Shown: positions 1 to 13,650, counted from the stretch's first letter. The stretch: 64,000 bases of DNA from Octopus sinensis (GCF_006345805.1 NC_042998.1:19282001-19346000); one strand, 5' to 3'. Notes: generated from the letters alone by a model not told the origin. Numbers and translations are program-made.

Positions 1-42
1 TCTGCAGAAATATTGATTTCATTTTTAATATATAATAATAAA

Positions 43-64
43 TATATTAATAGTAGTAGTAATG

Positions 65-131
<67 letters not shown>

Positions 132-185
132 TAATAATAATAAATATAATAATAATAATGATAATGGTGATGATGATAATGATGA

Positions 186-219
<34 letters not shown>

Positions 220-293
220 GGTGGTGGTGGTGGTGGTGGTGGTGGTGGTTATGGTGGTGGCGACGACGACGACGATGATGATGATGATGATGA
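43..293. repeat. compound trinucleotide microsatellite (AAT)n/(GAT)n/(GGT)n
   Basis: Seen directly; explains the poly-N/D/G ORFs at 13-349. Confidence 0.97.
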
Positions 294-861
294 TAAATGC
301 TCTGATGCAGTGCCAGGCAGTGATTCTCATGGCTTCTGATCTTAACTGATTGGAAGTGTTATCATGTACATTGTTTTGTCTTGGTATAAAATATGGGCTA
401 CAGCAAATATTCCGCTCAATACCACAGATTTGCTTGTCAGTTGTTTGACCTTAACCAGTTGACCCTGTCCCTTAGTGGCTGACGATATATGTATCTCTGA
501 TCATGAGCGGAACTAGTCGGGGAAGCATCATAGCCATGTGTTGAGAGGGATTTTGAGGGTGTGCATTATTCACCTCTGGAAACATGGGTGTTTCGTTCAA
601 CTTCCTTAAACAACACATATTCAAGGACATTTTGAGTGGGAGAGGCTACTCGACCAGAAGAACATTCTAAGTGGGCCCCACCTGCAAGGTCATTTGCTGA
701 TTATCTTCATATGAGATCACCATGTCGCACACATATGGTTGTAATGCATGTGCCAAGTTTACTCTTATGAGACGGGTAGTCATGATGGGTATTCTGAGTA
801 TAATGGGGTTCGTATATTTCACCCCAGTGTCACTTTGATGGCATGCACTGCTCTCTCACTC
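294..861 (+). mobile_element. ~560-bp (TAA)n-anchored non-coding interspersed element, copy 1
   Basis: Starts TAAATGC(T/C)CTGATGCAG, ends GCACTGCTCTCTCACTC followed by (AAT)n; alignable to copies at 10264 and 15825. Confidence 0.85.
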
Positions 862-1007
<146 letters not shown>

Positions 1008-1593
1008 GTCAAAACGAAGAGCGCGATTCGATTGAAAGATATTTCATTAGTTGAACGATATTCCAACAGTACCTCAGTCTGTCTCAAGTTCAAAATAAGG
1101 AGTGATGAAAATTCAAAATTACAGAAATTTAAACGTAAAGTATGAACGAGAGCAACCAACGTCCAAATGTTGATGGAACGACATCATTAGTTTTTAAGTT
1201 ACAATTTTAAAACAGGCGAAACGAAAAAGACAGAATAAAATATAGAAAAAAAGAAGACGACAGAAAAAAAAGGGAGAAAAGAATATTTAATCAAAAAGTT
1301 TTGTATAAATTTGATATTGTCTTGTCATTTTATTCATTTCTCCAGGGCGTGATGTTAATAACCTGCAAACATATTTTCCTCATACATTCAGAGAAGGGAA
1401 GTTGAAGCAGATTCAGAATATTTTCTGAGAATATGCATTTTCAAGTCTTCTTGAAAATTGCAGCTGCTTGAAACGAAATTTATACAAAACAGTTGATGAA
1501 TATTTAAGAATAAATACATAGATAGTTATAGCAATGCATCCAACGTACTCAGAGTATAGAGGTGTGTGTGTGTGTGTTTTTTTAGATAGATTT

Positions 1594-1670
<77 letters not shown>

Positions 1671-2714
1671 ACATATATACACACACAAGCTTTTGTCGGT
1701 ACCTTTAAAGCCAGGAATTCTCTAGCAACCCCTCGTATATGAAGCATAGTTTGTAGAACAGCATTAAAGTGTCTCTTGATTGAAGCGAATTGTATATTAT
1801 TATTTCTTTTCAGATAGTCGAATATGATTTGTTGTTGATGATATGATTACAGTTCCTAACAGCAAAGAAAATATAAATAGAATCTTTATGGGTCTTTCAA
1901 AGATATGTAATAACACATCTGAGTGCCACGTGGAAATAGACCCAATGTCTATTCTGGAATTGCTCTCTTCAGACGTTACATTGTTTACCTGCATTAAGAT
2001 TACACAGAATTATTACTCTGACAAATAGAGAAATATTCTAACTTGATTTTCTATTGTATATATATATTTATAATACTATCATTTGTACATAAAGCATACC
2101 TTTGATCAAAAACACTCAATTTGTAACCTTCCTGATTTTTAGAAGGAATCTAAGACTACATACATTACGGAACAGTAGTGATAATATGTATTGCATAATA
2201 TGTCATTTACTTTAATCGATGAGGTCTGATGTGAGGAAACTATATCTACTGTATCTTATTAATAAGCAAGTATGCTTTCCTTCCTTCTTTTTTGTCGTTA
2301 ATCTATTGCAATTTCATTTGGGACAAAATCAGGAAAAAAATATCTTATTAATACATGACTTTAATTTTAGTACGTGCATTCTCTTCACGTAGCATAATTT
2401 GTATAATGCTCTTTCTATTATTGCATATATTTGGTAATTTTATGGATGCATAATGTATATTTTACTAAATGGTCAGTTGCATACGTTCAGATATTGAAAA
2501 CTTTTTGAATAAGCCTGGATATGCATATTTTATACGAATCATAGTGGACGACAACGATATTAACTCTTACGTGTTCGCAATGCTCAATGTTATTGCAAAT
2601 ATACAAAGAAAAAATGCAGAAAGAACCTATTAAAACTGTATGGAAGTGTAGTTCAATCGAAGGGAAAACACTTCACAAATAAACTCAATTCTCTCCTGAA
2701 ATATTGATTTTATT

Positions 2715-3717
2715 GAAGCGTATTTGTATGTTGCTGGTAAATCATTATAACACTTTCGACAAATGTTTCCAGTATAGCTTCTTGTTGTTACGCATTTGTT
2801 CCACATGCAGAATCAGTTACGCTTTGATTTCCAGATATGAAAATTTGAATATAAGAGAAAGAGACAAAATGACATGAGTAAAGTGTTCCTATTTGGGACA
2901 CTTTGGGCTTTATAATGACATAAAATATATCTAGAACCGAAGTGTTCAAATTACCTTTACCGTACCACAAAGATTTCAAAAGTATATCATTCATATGAAT
3001 AACGAGGACGTAAGCAACCTATATCTGCAAACGGTCTCACAAACAATGTCTTGCAAACAACTTGCGCATGCAAGGGCTACCAGTCAAAAACTCCGCATAC
3101 CGGAAGCCAGCAAGTGTATGGGGTCATCAGGAGAGAATGCACGCCGTTTCGGGGGCCTATCTCTCGACGACATCAATCGCTGATATGAAGCCCTGCTTGC
3201 TAGATCAGCTGGTTATCAAATAAAGCGCAATATTCTTCTAGCCATCGCTCATCGTCTCTTTTCAACCAAATCCAGTGGCTAGCCTTCCCCACTGTAGTTT
3301 GGATATCGGTCATGGTGGTATTGACTTTACGATGAGTTAGTCCTAACGATAACAACAGTAGTATCACACTGTGTCCAACTCATTTATATCTTCATATTCT
3401 ATGGGGAATATATCGAATAACACACTTTCCGTTTATCTTTCGACCGCTTGCTCCTTTTATATTACATAATTTTCCAGGTTTCATTCTAAATATTTCCCAA
3501 AACCTGCCGCCTAATATAGTGAATACGACTGACTTCTCACTGAGCCAAATATATCTTCAATGGATATTAATCAATATAGTAACCCTCATTGTCGCATTTA
3601 GAACCTTTTTTCTACTTTCCACTCAAACGATCTCTTTAACAATAGTGCCTCCACAGTATTTAGCAGATATATGAAGTGCACCAAAATAACCAACTGTAGA
3701 AGCGAAACAATATACAT
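2715..3717 (-). pseudogene. degraded secreted CTL-like/WSC-like module A, interrupted by a LINE 3' end
   Basis: Manual translation across stops and frameshifts: signal-like MYIVSLLQLVILVHFIYLLNTVEA, LLLKRSFEWKVEKRF*MRQ*GLLY, SLY*AAGFGKYLE*, GKLCNIK..KCVIRY..YK*VGHS, then NKCVTTRSYTGNICRKCYNDLPATYKY. Domain names are inference. Confidence 0.5.
2990..3335 (-). mobile_element. 3' end of Hero-like RLE LINE (ORF end plus 3' UTR), copy A
   Basis: Reverse complement of 15352-15660; encodes KASHWIWLKRDDERWLE-type C-terminus like Hero-clade elements. Confidence 0.7.
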
Positions 3718-4454
3718 TTGAACTGACTTTTCATGTTCTGACAACACTATCAACAACAGAGCCGAAAAGTCATTATATTTCGAAAGCAGAATTAAATAAA
3801 TATAAAATGTGCAGAGAATATTCAACAATACGTGTTATACAAATCGATTGAAATTCCATTAATATCTACGAGAGTGACAATTCTAAATTACTATTTGTCA
3901 GTAGAAATAACTTCTAATCATTAAAGCATACGATTATACGCTATTATACTCCTCCTTACTTCATATATCAAAATATATACCGGCAAATGTGATTACTACA
4001 GACTTTGAATAAACATAGAATAGGCTTGTTTTTAAGCATTTAGCGTAGAGAATGAAATAATAGCTAATGAAATAACTCACTGCTTCTATTGAAAAATGTG
4101 GATGTACATATTTATTCACAATTCCCAAAGGTCTAAAAATAAACGGTTTTTACGCTGAAAGCTTGGTATTCAGCGGATACTAGTGGCAGAATCGATTCGG
4201 TTATAATAACATTATGTCTTAAGTGATAGAAATGGTCAATGTATTTAATGTCCAGATAACTGCACTGTGATGAACGAGAGAGTTCGGGAAAAAATTCAGT
4301 GATTACTTATATATAATGTGCACCTTTCCTATAATAGAAAATAAATATGTGATTATCAAATAAAAATAGTCAGACACTGAGAAACATACACACGTATATA
4401 GATACATTGACATAGGTATGCGTATATATATATGTGTGTGTGTGCATATCATCT

Positions 4455-4862
4455 AATATAGCTTGCTTACCAACCACATGGTTCCGACTTCAGTCCCACC
4501 GCTTGGCACCTTGGGCAAGTGTCTTCTACTATAGCCTCGGGCTGACCAAAGCCTTGTGAATGGATTTAGTAGACGGAAACTAAAGGAAGCCCGTCGTATA
4601 TATGTATATATATGTGTGTGTGCATGTATGTATATATATATACACGTGTGCGTATATGTTTGTATGTCTGTGTTTGGCTCCCCAACATTGCTTGACAACC
4701 GATTCTGGTGTGTTTCCGTCCGCGTAACTTAGTGGTTCGGCAAAAGAGACCGATAGAATAAGTACTATGCTTACAAAAAATAAGTCTTAAGGTCGATTTG
4801 CTCGAATAAAGGCGGTGCTCCAGCATGGCCACAGTCAAATTACTGAAACAAGTGAAAGAGTA
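4455..4862 (+). mobile_element. tRNA-derived SINE family 1 with internal microsatellite
   Basis: Head GCTTGCTTACCAACCACATGGTTCCGACTTCAGTCCC, body GGCACCTTGGGCAAGTGTCTTC, tail CTGAAACAAGTGAAAGAG; same family at 22555, 47700, 50920, 56540. Confidence 0.85.
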
Positions 4863-5154
4863 CATTTAATACGAGGAACTGGCCTTGTATTATTCAGTCG
4901 AACAAATAGATCCCGGTACCTCTTCATCAGTCACCGATCCATGTTTGTCGAACCACTAGTTTATTGTACAGTGACATAAACAAACCAAATCACGTTGTAA
5001 AGCGGTGAGTGAAATAAACAAAAAGAAAATAACACTCATCATACAGGCACGCGCGCGTGTGTAAGTGTGTGTGTATTTATGTATGTATGTGTATACATAC
5101 ACACAGGCACACACAAACGCGCACACATACATATATATGTGTGTTTGTGTGTGT

Positions 5155-5303
5155 AATGGGCTTCTTTCAATTTCCGTTAATCCAACCCCACTCACGAGGC
5201 ATCGTTCGGCCCGAGGCAATAGTAGAAGATACTTGGCATGGTTGCTATGCGGTGTGCTGAACCGACGTCTATGTGGTTCGGAAGCAATCTTTTTACCACA
5301 CAC
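5155..5303 (-). mobile_element. SINE family 1, degraded 5' part
   Basis: Similar to the reverse complement of the 4455 head. Confidence 0.7.
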
Positions 5304-5694
5304 TTATTCTTGCGTCGTAGTTTGCAAATGTCGTACTTCTAACATTGGCATTCATTATAGTTCTTTTTCCAAGAACTAAGCCGGTTTTTTTCCCCCCATG
5401 GGAAAATATATCAGCATTGAGGAAGTGCTTCAAGGCGGAACAATGGAAAATAATACTGTAACATAATCCAGTATACATATTCAAAGTAAAAACGGGTATA
5501 ACTAAGTGTTTTCTTAATTTTATTTCCTTCACTTTGGAACAAAACAGAGAAATAGGAAATATTTTATAGATATTACATTGAAGTTAGCCACGCTTACTGT
5601 ACAATGTTTGCAGGTTACATTAGGAAATACAATAATGAGTCAATTTCTCTTACAAACCAGTTATATGTAAGAGCATCCATGGAGTGAATTTCCT

Positions 5695-6130
5695 CTTACT
5701 CGTAAAAAGCAGAATGTCTGGTAGATTTGTCTGGTAGATTAATTAAGCATCAAATCACACACATATCTATTGTTGAACGAACGGATATGCTTATGCAACA
5801 TGGTGAGAAGTGTGTTTGTAACAGCGCAGTTTCTCTTTCAACCAAAGCAGTAAATTCACTTTAACATAAAATGTTTTTTTGTTTTTTTTCAGGAATATTC
5901 AAATATGAATTCGTCAAATATTCAATTTGAGAATGCTCCTCCGTGACAAAACAATCCCGTCAATGGTAAAATATTTTCGTCATAATCTATTATACACCAA
6001 AGATCGGGAATGAGGAACTTGATGTAACACAATTTTATGATTTTTACTTCCTGTATGGGTACATATACACAGTCATAATTCAGCAGAATTAATTTAGTTA
6101 GGAACAACTGCTGATATCGGTGCAATAAAT
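5695..6130 (-). pseudogene. degraded CTL-like/WSC-like module B
   Basis: ORF 5922-6125 has IIKLCYIK..WCIIDY..PLTGL; downstream DMCVI* and a frameshifted NLP(A)FCF, paralleling module A. Confidence 0.35.
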
Positions 6131-8049
6131 TATCTCTTCCCTAGTGTGATATATATTAATAAATTTTGGGAACAGTCAAATATTTGTACGGGAAGATACA
6201 CTTCGGCGGTTTTACGAGTGCGATTTATTAAAAATTTATGCTTTACCCTTCTGGGAAATCTGAACATGAAAGCATGAAAGTCTTAAAAAATGTTCGTTTG
6301 TCTTAGATATTGCTCTCCTAGACTGTGTATTAAATCAATATTCTCGTCATCGGTTAATTACGATTAGAACATTGATATAATCAAACGGATATATATTACC
6401 CCAATGCACTTAATTAAAGAGTCATTTGGAAAAGGAGATATGTTTTGAAGTCATTATTCATGAAATATTTACCATTCTCTCATACTTTGAAATATATGTT
6501 CATTTATGCAGGGTAGCTGACCTGGTGAAGTATAATTTCCTAAGGGTGGATATTTTAAATAAGGCGGATAAAATGTGTTAAGCTTAAATAGATTAATATC
6601 CATGAGACTGAAATATAAAAGTTGCACATTTATTAATATTAGATAATTGCATTTTGACATCCCATTACTTTTTCAACTGAACGTATGCATCCCTGATGAA
6701 GGTACTAAAGACAATGATGCGTTAAATAAGCAAATATATCAAACTGTTCATTTTGTGTTGCTGATACAATATAAACAGAAAAATTGTGAGAGTTTAAATA
6801 ACATTATATAATGAATCATAATGAATAAATAATGAAAATGTAGTACAAATAATAGGGAATATTAAGAACATACCCTAACTTGGATAATGGAAAAAAATAT
6901 TAATTTATCCAGTTAATTTATATACGTGATTAACTCCCTTTCATATCAAAACATAAAGGGAAGATCGCCGTTGGTGCTCAGCGTGTGACTCATTCATTGC
7001 AAATACAAAAGAATTACGATTTGTTACCAATGGTTAACAAAATGCTATATATTTTCCAACACTAAATATATCATACTTATCTAAGCTGTATTATGTATAT
7101 CAAGCGAGTAGTTTGATATATGGAAAATAGTTGAAGAGGTAACGTCTCAGAGGTGCAATAGGTTATTATTATTCTATTTCATGTATTGAGATTTAAACCT
7201 CACATTTGAACTATGTGTGTGTGTTTGTGTGTTTGTGTCTGTGTGTTTGTGTGTGTGTGTGTGTTTGTGTGTGTGTGAGTACATGCGTCTGGGTTCGCGC
7301 ATACGTTTCGGTGTTTTTGTGTGTTTGTGCGTATACATATTAATAGCAAAATTATCTACAGCAAACTGCTAGTAATTTCAAACGTGTAATATTAAGACGT
7401 CCAAAGAAAATTTTAAACGTTCTCACTGATACGATGGAAAATATTCTTTAATTGTTTTAATAGAAATATTCGAGTCTTTTAACTGGAAAATCTGTAATCT
7501 CATCCGACATTATTTTGTGTATCTGAACACTTACAAGAGAAATTTAGTAGATGTAATTGTTATCTTTCTTAAAATAAATAATGAATCATTTCAAATTCAT
7601 GTAGATTCTGTGAAAAGATTTCCCATAGATAGTCAAATAGTAATTTAGTTACAGCTTACAAAGTAGTCTGTATGAAATAATAAATTTATTACGCATGAAT
7701 GCCGCATTATATAAGCGTTTGAAAAAGTGTTAATGTTCGATGTTTAGAGATAAATCTTAAATTTAATCCTAATATAATTGATGCATAGAAACTAATGAAG
7801 CAATCAATAAATGAAAATATTAAGAGAATCAACGTAACTTTTTCTATACGGCACAGGTGAGGTACTCATATATTCAGAATAGTAATTTAATACAACTGCA
7901 AATTTGAAAATTACGCAGTTACATACCAAATCTAGATTAAGATGTAGCTTAATTTGCATCTAATGTTACGTCAGAAACCAATGTTCTCATTATGTATATA
8001 TTATTTCCATTCCAGTATATGATATTAATACGTATATCAATGAATACTT

Positions 8050-9200
8050 ATATTTATATCAGTAATAATAAAACACCCTCACCTCACAATCTCAACCAAT
8101 TCACGTACACAACAATACTCCCACAATAACGACCCTAACACTGAGAACCCCTGCCAGCCTAATTACAAAAACAACATTTTTAGACAGAGTAGATAGACAC
8201 AGGGACAAACGTTGGAACATAACTTACAGGAGAAACCCAAAATACTCAATTTGTCTAAAAAAGACTCCTTCCACAACAAAAATCCATATTTTAGGTTAAG
8301 GTTTAAAATATACACTCACCCCATGTAGATCCAATTTCAATGAAATTAAAAATGATATTGCAGAATTCTGTAGAAAAGTTCGATAGACAGAAGCACTAAC
8401 CAATTACAGCAACGATGACGAATCTGAAAAGGAAGGAATAAAACACTAGACGACTACTGCAACGGTATCCAGAATTTTCCTCACAATATTTATAAACCAA
8501 AAGTTTTATCTAATTTCAACAATCTACAATGGAAGCAACTACTACAGCTACAAAACGACACAAATCAGACAATCAAAGAAGCAAAGGTAATGCTGTGGTC
8601 CTGATGGACACAGACTACTATAAAAACCTAGTATTGCCATACTAGAAAATGACTCTATGAAAACGTTGCAAATGATAGGCCGCAAAAATATTAAAAGATC
8701 TTGCATCTTTAATACTCAAACAAGGGAAAAGCCTCACAGAAAAAGAAAAAGGCTACATCACAAACTTTAAATGCAAACCAAGCTTTTTCTATTGCCACCC
8801 CCAAATCCACAAGAGTCAATAATTACTAATGCCTGCAAATCAAATCCAGGTCTATACATAAACATCCCACACCAGAAGACTTAAAATTAAGGCCTATGTT
8901 AAACCCCTGGATTTTAAATCCAGACTGACCAATATAATCTCCAATATTTAATTTACAATGGAATATAGCAAAGAGAAGCTCCCATTTCTGGACATTTTGA
9001 TTATAAAAAAATCCAATACCAAATTGCAATTGACATCTACTACAAACGAACAGATTCCAAACATTATCTCCTCAGTTCATGCTATCCTAAATGCACCAAA
9101 AAAATATCCCGTTCAATCTAGCAAAAACGATCTGTACAATTGTATCGGACACGGCCACTCAGGAACTTCGCCTACACAACCTCTTTTTCACCTGGCAAAG
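8050..9200 (+). mobile_element. Penelope-like element RT remnant
   Basis: Frameshifted motifs IKEA/KGNAVVLMDTDYYK, PQIHKS, FTMEYSKEKLPFLDILI, DIYYKRTDSKHYL, RICTIVSD-like. Confidence 0.85.
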
Positions 9201-9324
9201 TATTTCATACGGAAATAAATATTAATTAACATCTATGGGTAGAACAACGATGGAAGAAAATATCTAAACAGTGTGTGTTATTGATCACAAATTGTTTATG
9301 ATTTGAAAAAAACATCTCAGACGA

Positions 9325-9500
9325 GGAGGTGGCAGCATAGTTAGTACACTGGACGTAATATTTTGTAGCATTTCGTCCATCAGCACATTCTGCGTTCGAA
9401 TTCCACTGACGTCGAGTTTGCCTTTCATTCTTACCAGTCAAGTACCTATTCTAATCGACTCAACCCGTGTCATTAATAACCTTGTGCCAAAAGCTGGAAA
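9325..9500 (+). mobile_element. SINE family 2, degraded
   Basis: GTTCGAATTCC B-box-like motif and GTCGAGTTTGCCTTTCAT domain. Confidence 0.6.
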
Positions 9501-10161
9501 CAATTTTTGAAAGCAACAAAAATTTATGCAATTACAAACTAGGTCCACAAACGTGTATTACAATCAATGTGCTAGATATATTTATAATACTGAATACAGT
9601 TAAATGTATGCTATTAAAATTTGAAATATACGACATAAAATATACTGTTACCCAGGCTATATTATATAAAATATGAATGAAACTTCTACAATATCTCATA
9701 AGTTCGTCGATTTTAATCACGTTGAAATAATAAATGTCATTATTAGATTTGTATCCACAAGCAAAATGACGCCAGTATTCATATTACAAAAGTTATATAT
9801 GTAGCAGTGTGAAATAGATTGTAGATAAACACTTGGGGTATATTTTCTGTCAATTTAATTGATTGAAGATTAAGTACATACTGCAATGACAAACAGAATT
9901 ATACGTTTATTAATGTAACCGGCTCTCGGTGAAATGTTGTTCACAATGGAGTGAAATATTTACAAGAATAGGTGACATGATTACGGAATTGATTTTACGA
10001 TACTGGAGAATTACTTTCACGATAATGTATTTATATTCCACTCTCCTTCCTTGGCCGATTGATATTTTTATGCGAAAAGGATGCTACAACTAATAGTATT
10101 CAGAATATATTAATCCTGTGCATAGCACATGCAATTTCTAAATCAGGATACTGCATACTAT

Positions 10162-10197
<36 letters not shown>

Positions 10198-10198
10198 A

Positions 10199-10263
<65 letters not shown>

Positions 10264-10269
<6 letters not shown>

Positions 10270-10784
10270 CCCTGATGCAGTACAAAGCAGTGGCTCGCAT
10301 GGCTTCTGATCTTAACTGATTGGAACTGTTATCACGTATCTTGGTATAAATGATGCGCTACAGCAAATATTCTGCTCAGTACCACAGATTTGATAGTCAG
10401 TTGTTTGACCTTAAACAGTTGAGCATGTCCCTTAGTGGTTGACGATATGTGCATCTCCGATCACGAGCAGAAGTAGTTGGGGAGGATTATAGCCGTGTGA
10501 TGAAAGGAATTCTTAGAGTTTTGGATAATTCACCTCTGGAAACATGAGTGTTTCGTTCAATATTCTTAAGCAACAGGTATTCAGGAACCTTTTGAGCAAG
10601 ATGGGCTACTCGACCAGAAGGTCATGCACTGTTTATCTTGATATGAAATGACCATGTCGCGCACATATGGTTGTAATGCATGTGCATAGCGTACACTTAT
10701 CAAACGAGTAGTCATGATGGGTATACTAGGCTTCGTGTATTTTATTCCAGTGTCAGTTTGATGGCATGCACTGCTCTCTCGCTC
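10264..10784 (+). mobile_element. (TAA)n-anchored element, copy 2
   Basis: Same termini as 294-861; (AAT)n on both sides. Confidence 0.85.
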
Positions 10785-10800
10785 AATAATAATAATAATA

Positions 10801-10840
<40 letters not shown>

Positions 10841-10841
<1 letters not shown>

Positions 10842-11500
10842 TGACAAAGAAGTTGCTGACTAGCTATGGGACACTCCACCTAAAACGTGACACGAACAGA
10901 CTCTATGTACCAAGAAAAAGAGGGGGAAGATGCATTATTGGACGCGAACATATCATTAAAACAGTCGAAAACAACATAGCAATGTATGTAAAACATGCCA
11001 CAGAACCGCTATCAGTAGAGATAAGAAGGTCGGGCTTGTGTAGGATGAAGGATTGCAAAGAAAAAGCACTGTAGAAGCAATGGGAAATGAATGACACTGA
11101 AAATAGGCCGGTAAAGAAACGGATGCATGGACAATTTCCTAGGGATGTTGAAGATAAGACAGACAGAGAAACCAGATGTTTGTGGATGACTAACAGTGAT
11201 TTAAAATTGCAAAAGACGGTTCTAATCTGTGCTGCTCAAGAGCATGCACTAAGAACAAACTACATAAAATACAGAATAGACGACACGTCAGAAAGTGATA
11301 AAATGCAGAATCTGTGGACAATATGGTGAATCTGTATGGCATATTACCAGTCAAAGAACGCTGCTTGCCCAGAAGCAATATAAGAGACGCTACGACAATA
11401 CAGCAAGGCTTGTCCATTGGACGCTTTGCAACAAGTATGGACTTCACAAAACGAAAATTGGTACGACCACCAACCAGAAGGCATTGTTGAAAATGCACGA
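10841..11500 (+). mobile_element. R4/Dong-like RLE LINE fragment (post-RT region and zinc knuckle)
   Basis: RLYVPRKRGGR, MHGQF, ICAAQEHALRTNY, CRICGQYGESVWHI, KRRYDN, WYDHQP; begins directly after an (AAT)n tract, the known Dong target. Confidence 0.88.
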
Positions 11501-11790
11501 AATTCTGGCATCCGATTCCGGTTGTTGCATTCCATTAGTTGTGAGTGCGTTCTCAAGATAAATATGTTTCTCCAGTTAGCTCAGTGGTGTCCATCAAACA
11601 TATAGATTGCATCGGGACGAGTTTCGGGAGAAGACAATGTCTGTGTCTTGGTAAAGATAATTCTCAACTTTGCCGTATTCGGCAGCGAACCAGTTCTGAG
11701 AATACAGAAGATTATCTTTTAATGGACCAAGTAGTATTCTATCGTCTACAATTATTCGCCGACCGATCCTACACCCACCGACTGTGATAC

Positions 11791-12153
11791 ATATTTCTTT
11801 ACTACCTACAAGGGGCTAAACGCAGAGGGAATAAACAAGGACAGACAGACAGATTAATCGATTAGATGAACCCCAGGGCGTAACTGGTACTTATTTACTC
11901 GACCCCGAAAGGATGAAAGGCAAAGTCGACCTCGGCGGAATTTGAACTTAGAACGTAACGGCAGACGCAATACCGCTAAGCATTTCCCCCGGCGTGCTAA
12001 CGTTTCTGCCAGCTCACCGCCTTCGGCAGACGAAATACCGCTAAGCATTTCCCCCGGCGTGCTAACGTTTCTGCCAGCTCACCGCCTTCGGCAGACGCAA
12101 TACCGCTAAGCATTTCCCCCGGCGTGCTAACGTTTCTGCCAGCTCACCGCCTT
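11791..12153 (-). mobile_element. SINE family 2 with triplicated 65-bp head and ~16-bp TSD
   Basis: Units 11959-12023, 12024-12088, 12089-12153; flanks CCA(C/A)CGACTGTGATAC. Confidence 0.9.
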
Positions 12154-12919
12154 CCAACGACTGTGATACTGCTTCCACCACGGCTGCCCATGTCGATCCA
12201 ATTCATAGTAATCATGAGGCAATTATTTGTTGTATCTAATATCTTATCCATCCCGGAGGCGAAATTTGAAATCCGAAACATGATGGTAGATCAAGGTCTT
12301 TGGTGAATCTTTAGACATTCTGATATTTGCTGTCCCGAATAATAAGGATATTAATGATACTTTGTTATTAAGCTGTTATAACATTTACTAATGTTATAAC
12401 TAATGTTATGTTATAACTATATTTACTAATATCTTTTGGCGACAAGATCTCCAAATCTTTAGTCAAGAAGAGAACAACATATTAAGAGTGGCGGGTAGCG
12501 TACATATAAATGATATCATTTAAAGGAAAAAGATTACGAAGAAAATGGCGACTGATGAAATAACCTCACTGATAGAGGATACTTCTGAGCACAAAAGGCA
12601 ATTTCCTATAAGGATTCTCTTTCACCTGTCTTTCGCTTGTTAGGGAATATTTATCAATTTACCCTGTGATACTACAGGCATAAACTACAATAACACGAAT
12701 TAATCAGTAACCTGCCTGATGATTAGAAACGATTCATTTCCGTAGACTATTCGTTTGAAAACTGAATAGATTTTAATTTACTTTGATATGATTCAACTTC
12801 AACAGTAGTGAAAACGATATAGCAACGATGACAATAACAATATTAATATGATGATGAGGATGATGATGACGACGACGACGACGACGATGACGATAACAAC
12901 TTCAAAAACGTCAAAAATA

Positions 12920-13650
12920 TTTATTATTTCGCCATATACGAGAGAAAACCCACTGAACAGGCTGTGTCAAATCACTATACAACAAGGTCACCTTGCATCA
13001 TATTCTGTCTATTCTGCATCTATTTTGTGCGAAGTTATGAACAAACAAATCATCATCGATCCACGTATTTGGATGGCGTATCTCTTATAGCTCATTCTTT
13101 AAGTAAACCATTCCGTGTTGTTTTTATCGATGATTGTATATTTACACAAGCAGCGGAATTTAACATTGACCTGCACCGTTCTTGAAAATTTCTAATATAG
13201 CTGATCTCTGATATTTGTTCTTTCCTTCATTTGTTTGTGGGTTTTTTTTCCTATGTTTCCCCTTAGCTGCATTTGTTTTTCAATGATGTTGCGGTGCTGC
13301 TGAGGTTATCACTCTCTTACTGTGTTAACGGTAGGCAAGTATTTCGTTCCTTTGTCCAGTTACAATCAATGCTGCTTGCTTTTGTAGATTCTTTTGATGT
13401 ATCCCACTTTCTGACATCCAATTTTAATGTCGGATGCGGCTTTGATAGGGCTTGTCAAAACCTGCTGCTTAAGTTCAGAAATAAACAATGAGGCGATTTT
13501 CTCGGGCATCGACCCATTTGCTCTTTGGAAACTAGGCTCCTTGATCAGTAGCTGTTTTGGGATTTTTTTTCACATCTTCCGGTGTGTAACCTCTTAAAAT
13601 AATCTTAATCTCCTAAGGGTAGCATTTGACACTACATAAGAGGTATATAT
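12920..13650 (-). mobile_element. possible heavily degraded RLE LINE fragment
   Basis: Only weak frameshifted resemblance to the R4-clade region before the zinc knuckle. Confidence 0.3.

Noticed and set aside
13-349. Long low-complexity ORFs here and elsewhere (poly-N/I, YIYI, LSIY, THTH, 57573-58307)
   Set aside because: Translations of microsatellites with no coding signal.
1814-2028. Possible terminal exon after TTTCTTTTCAG
   Set aside because: In-frame TGA just after the acceptor and no recognisable homology.
6690-6730. CTGATGA as a hammerhead core
   Set aside because: No matching GAAA or stems found nearby.
11959-12153. CRISPR-like array
   Set aside because: No spacers; tandem SINE heads in eukaryotic DNA.
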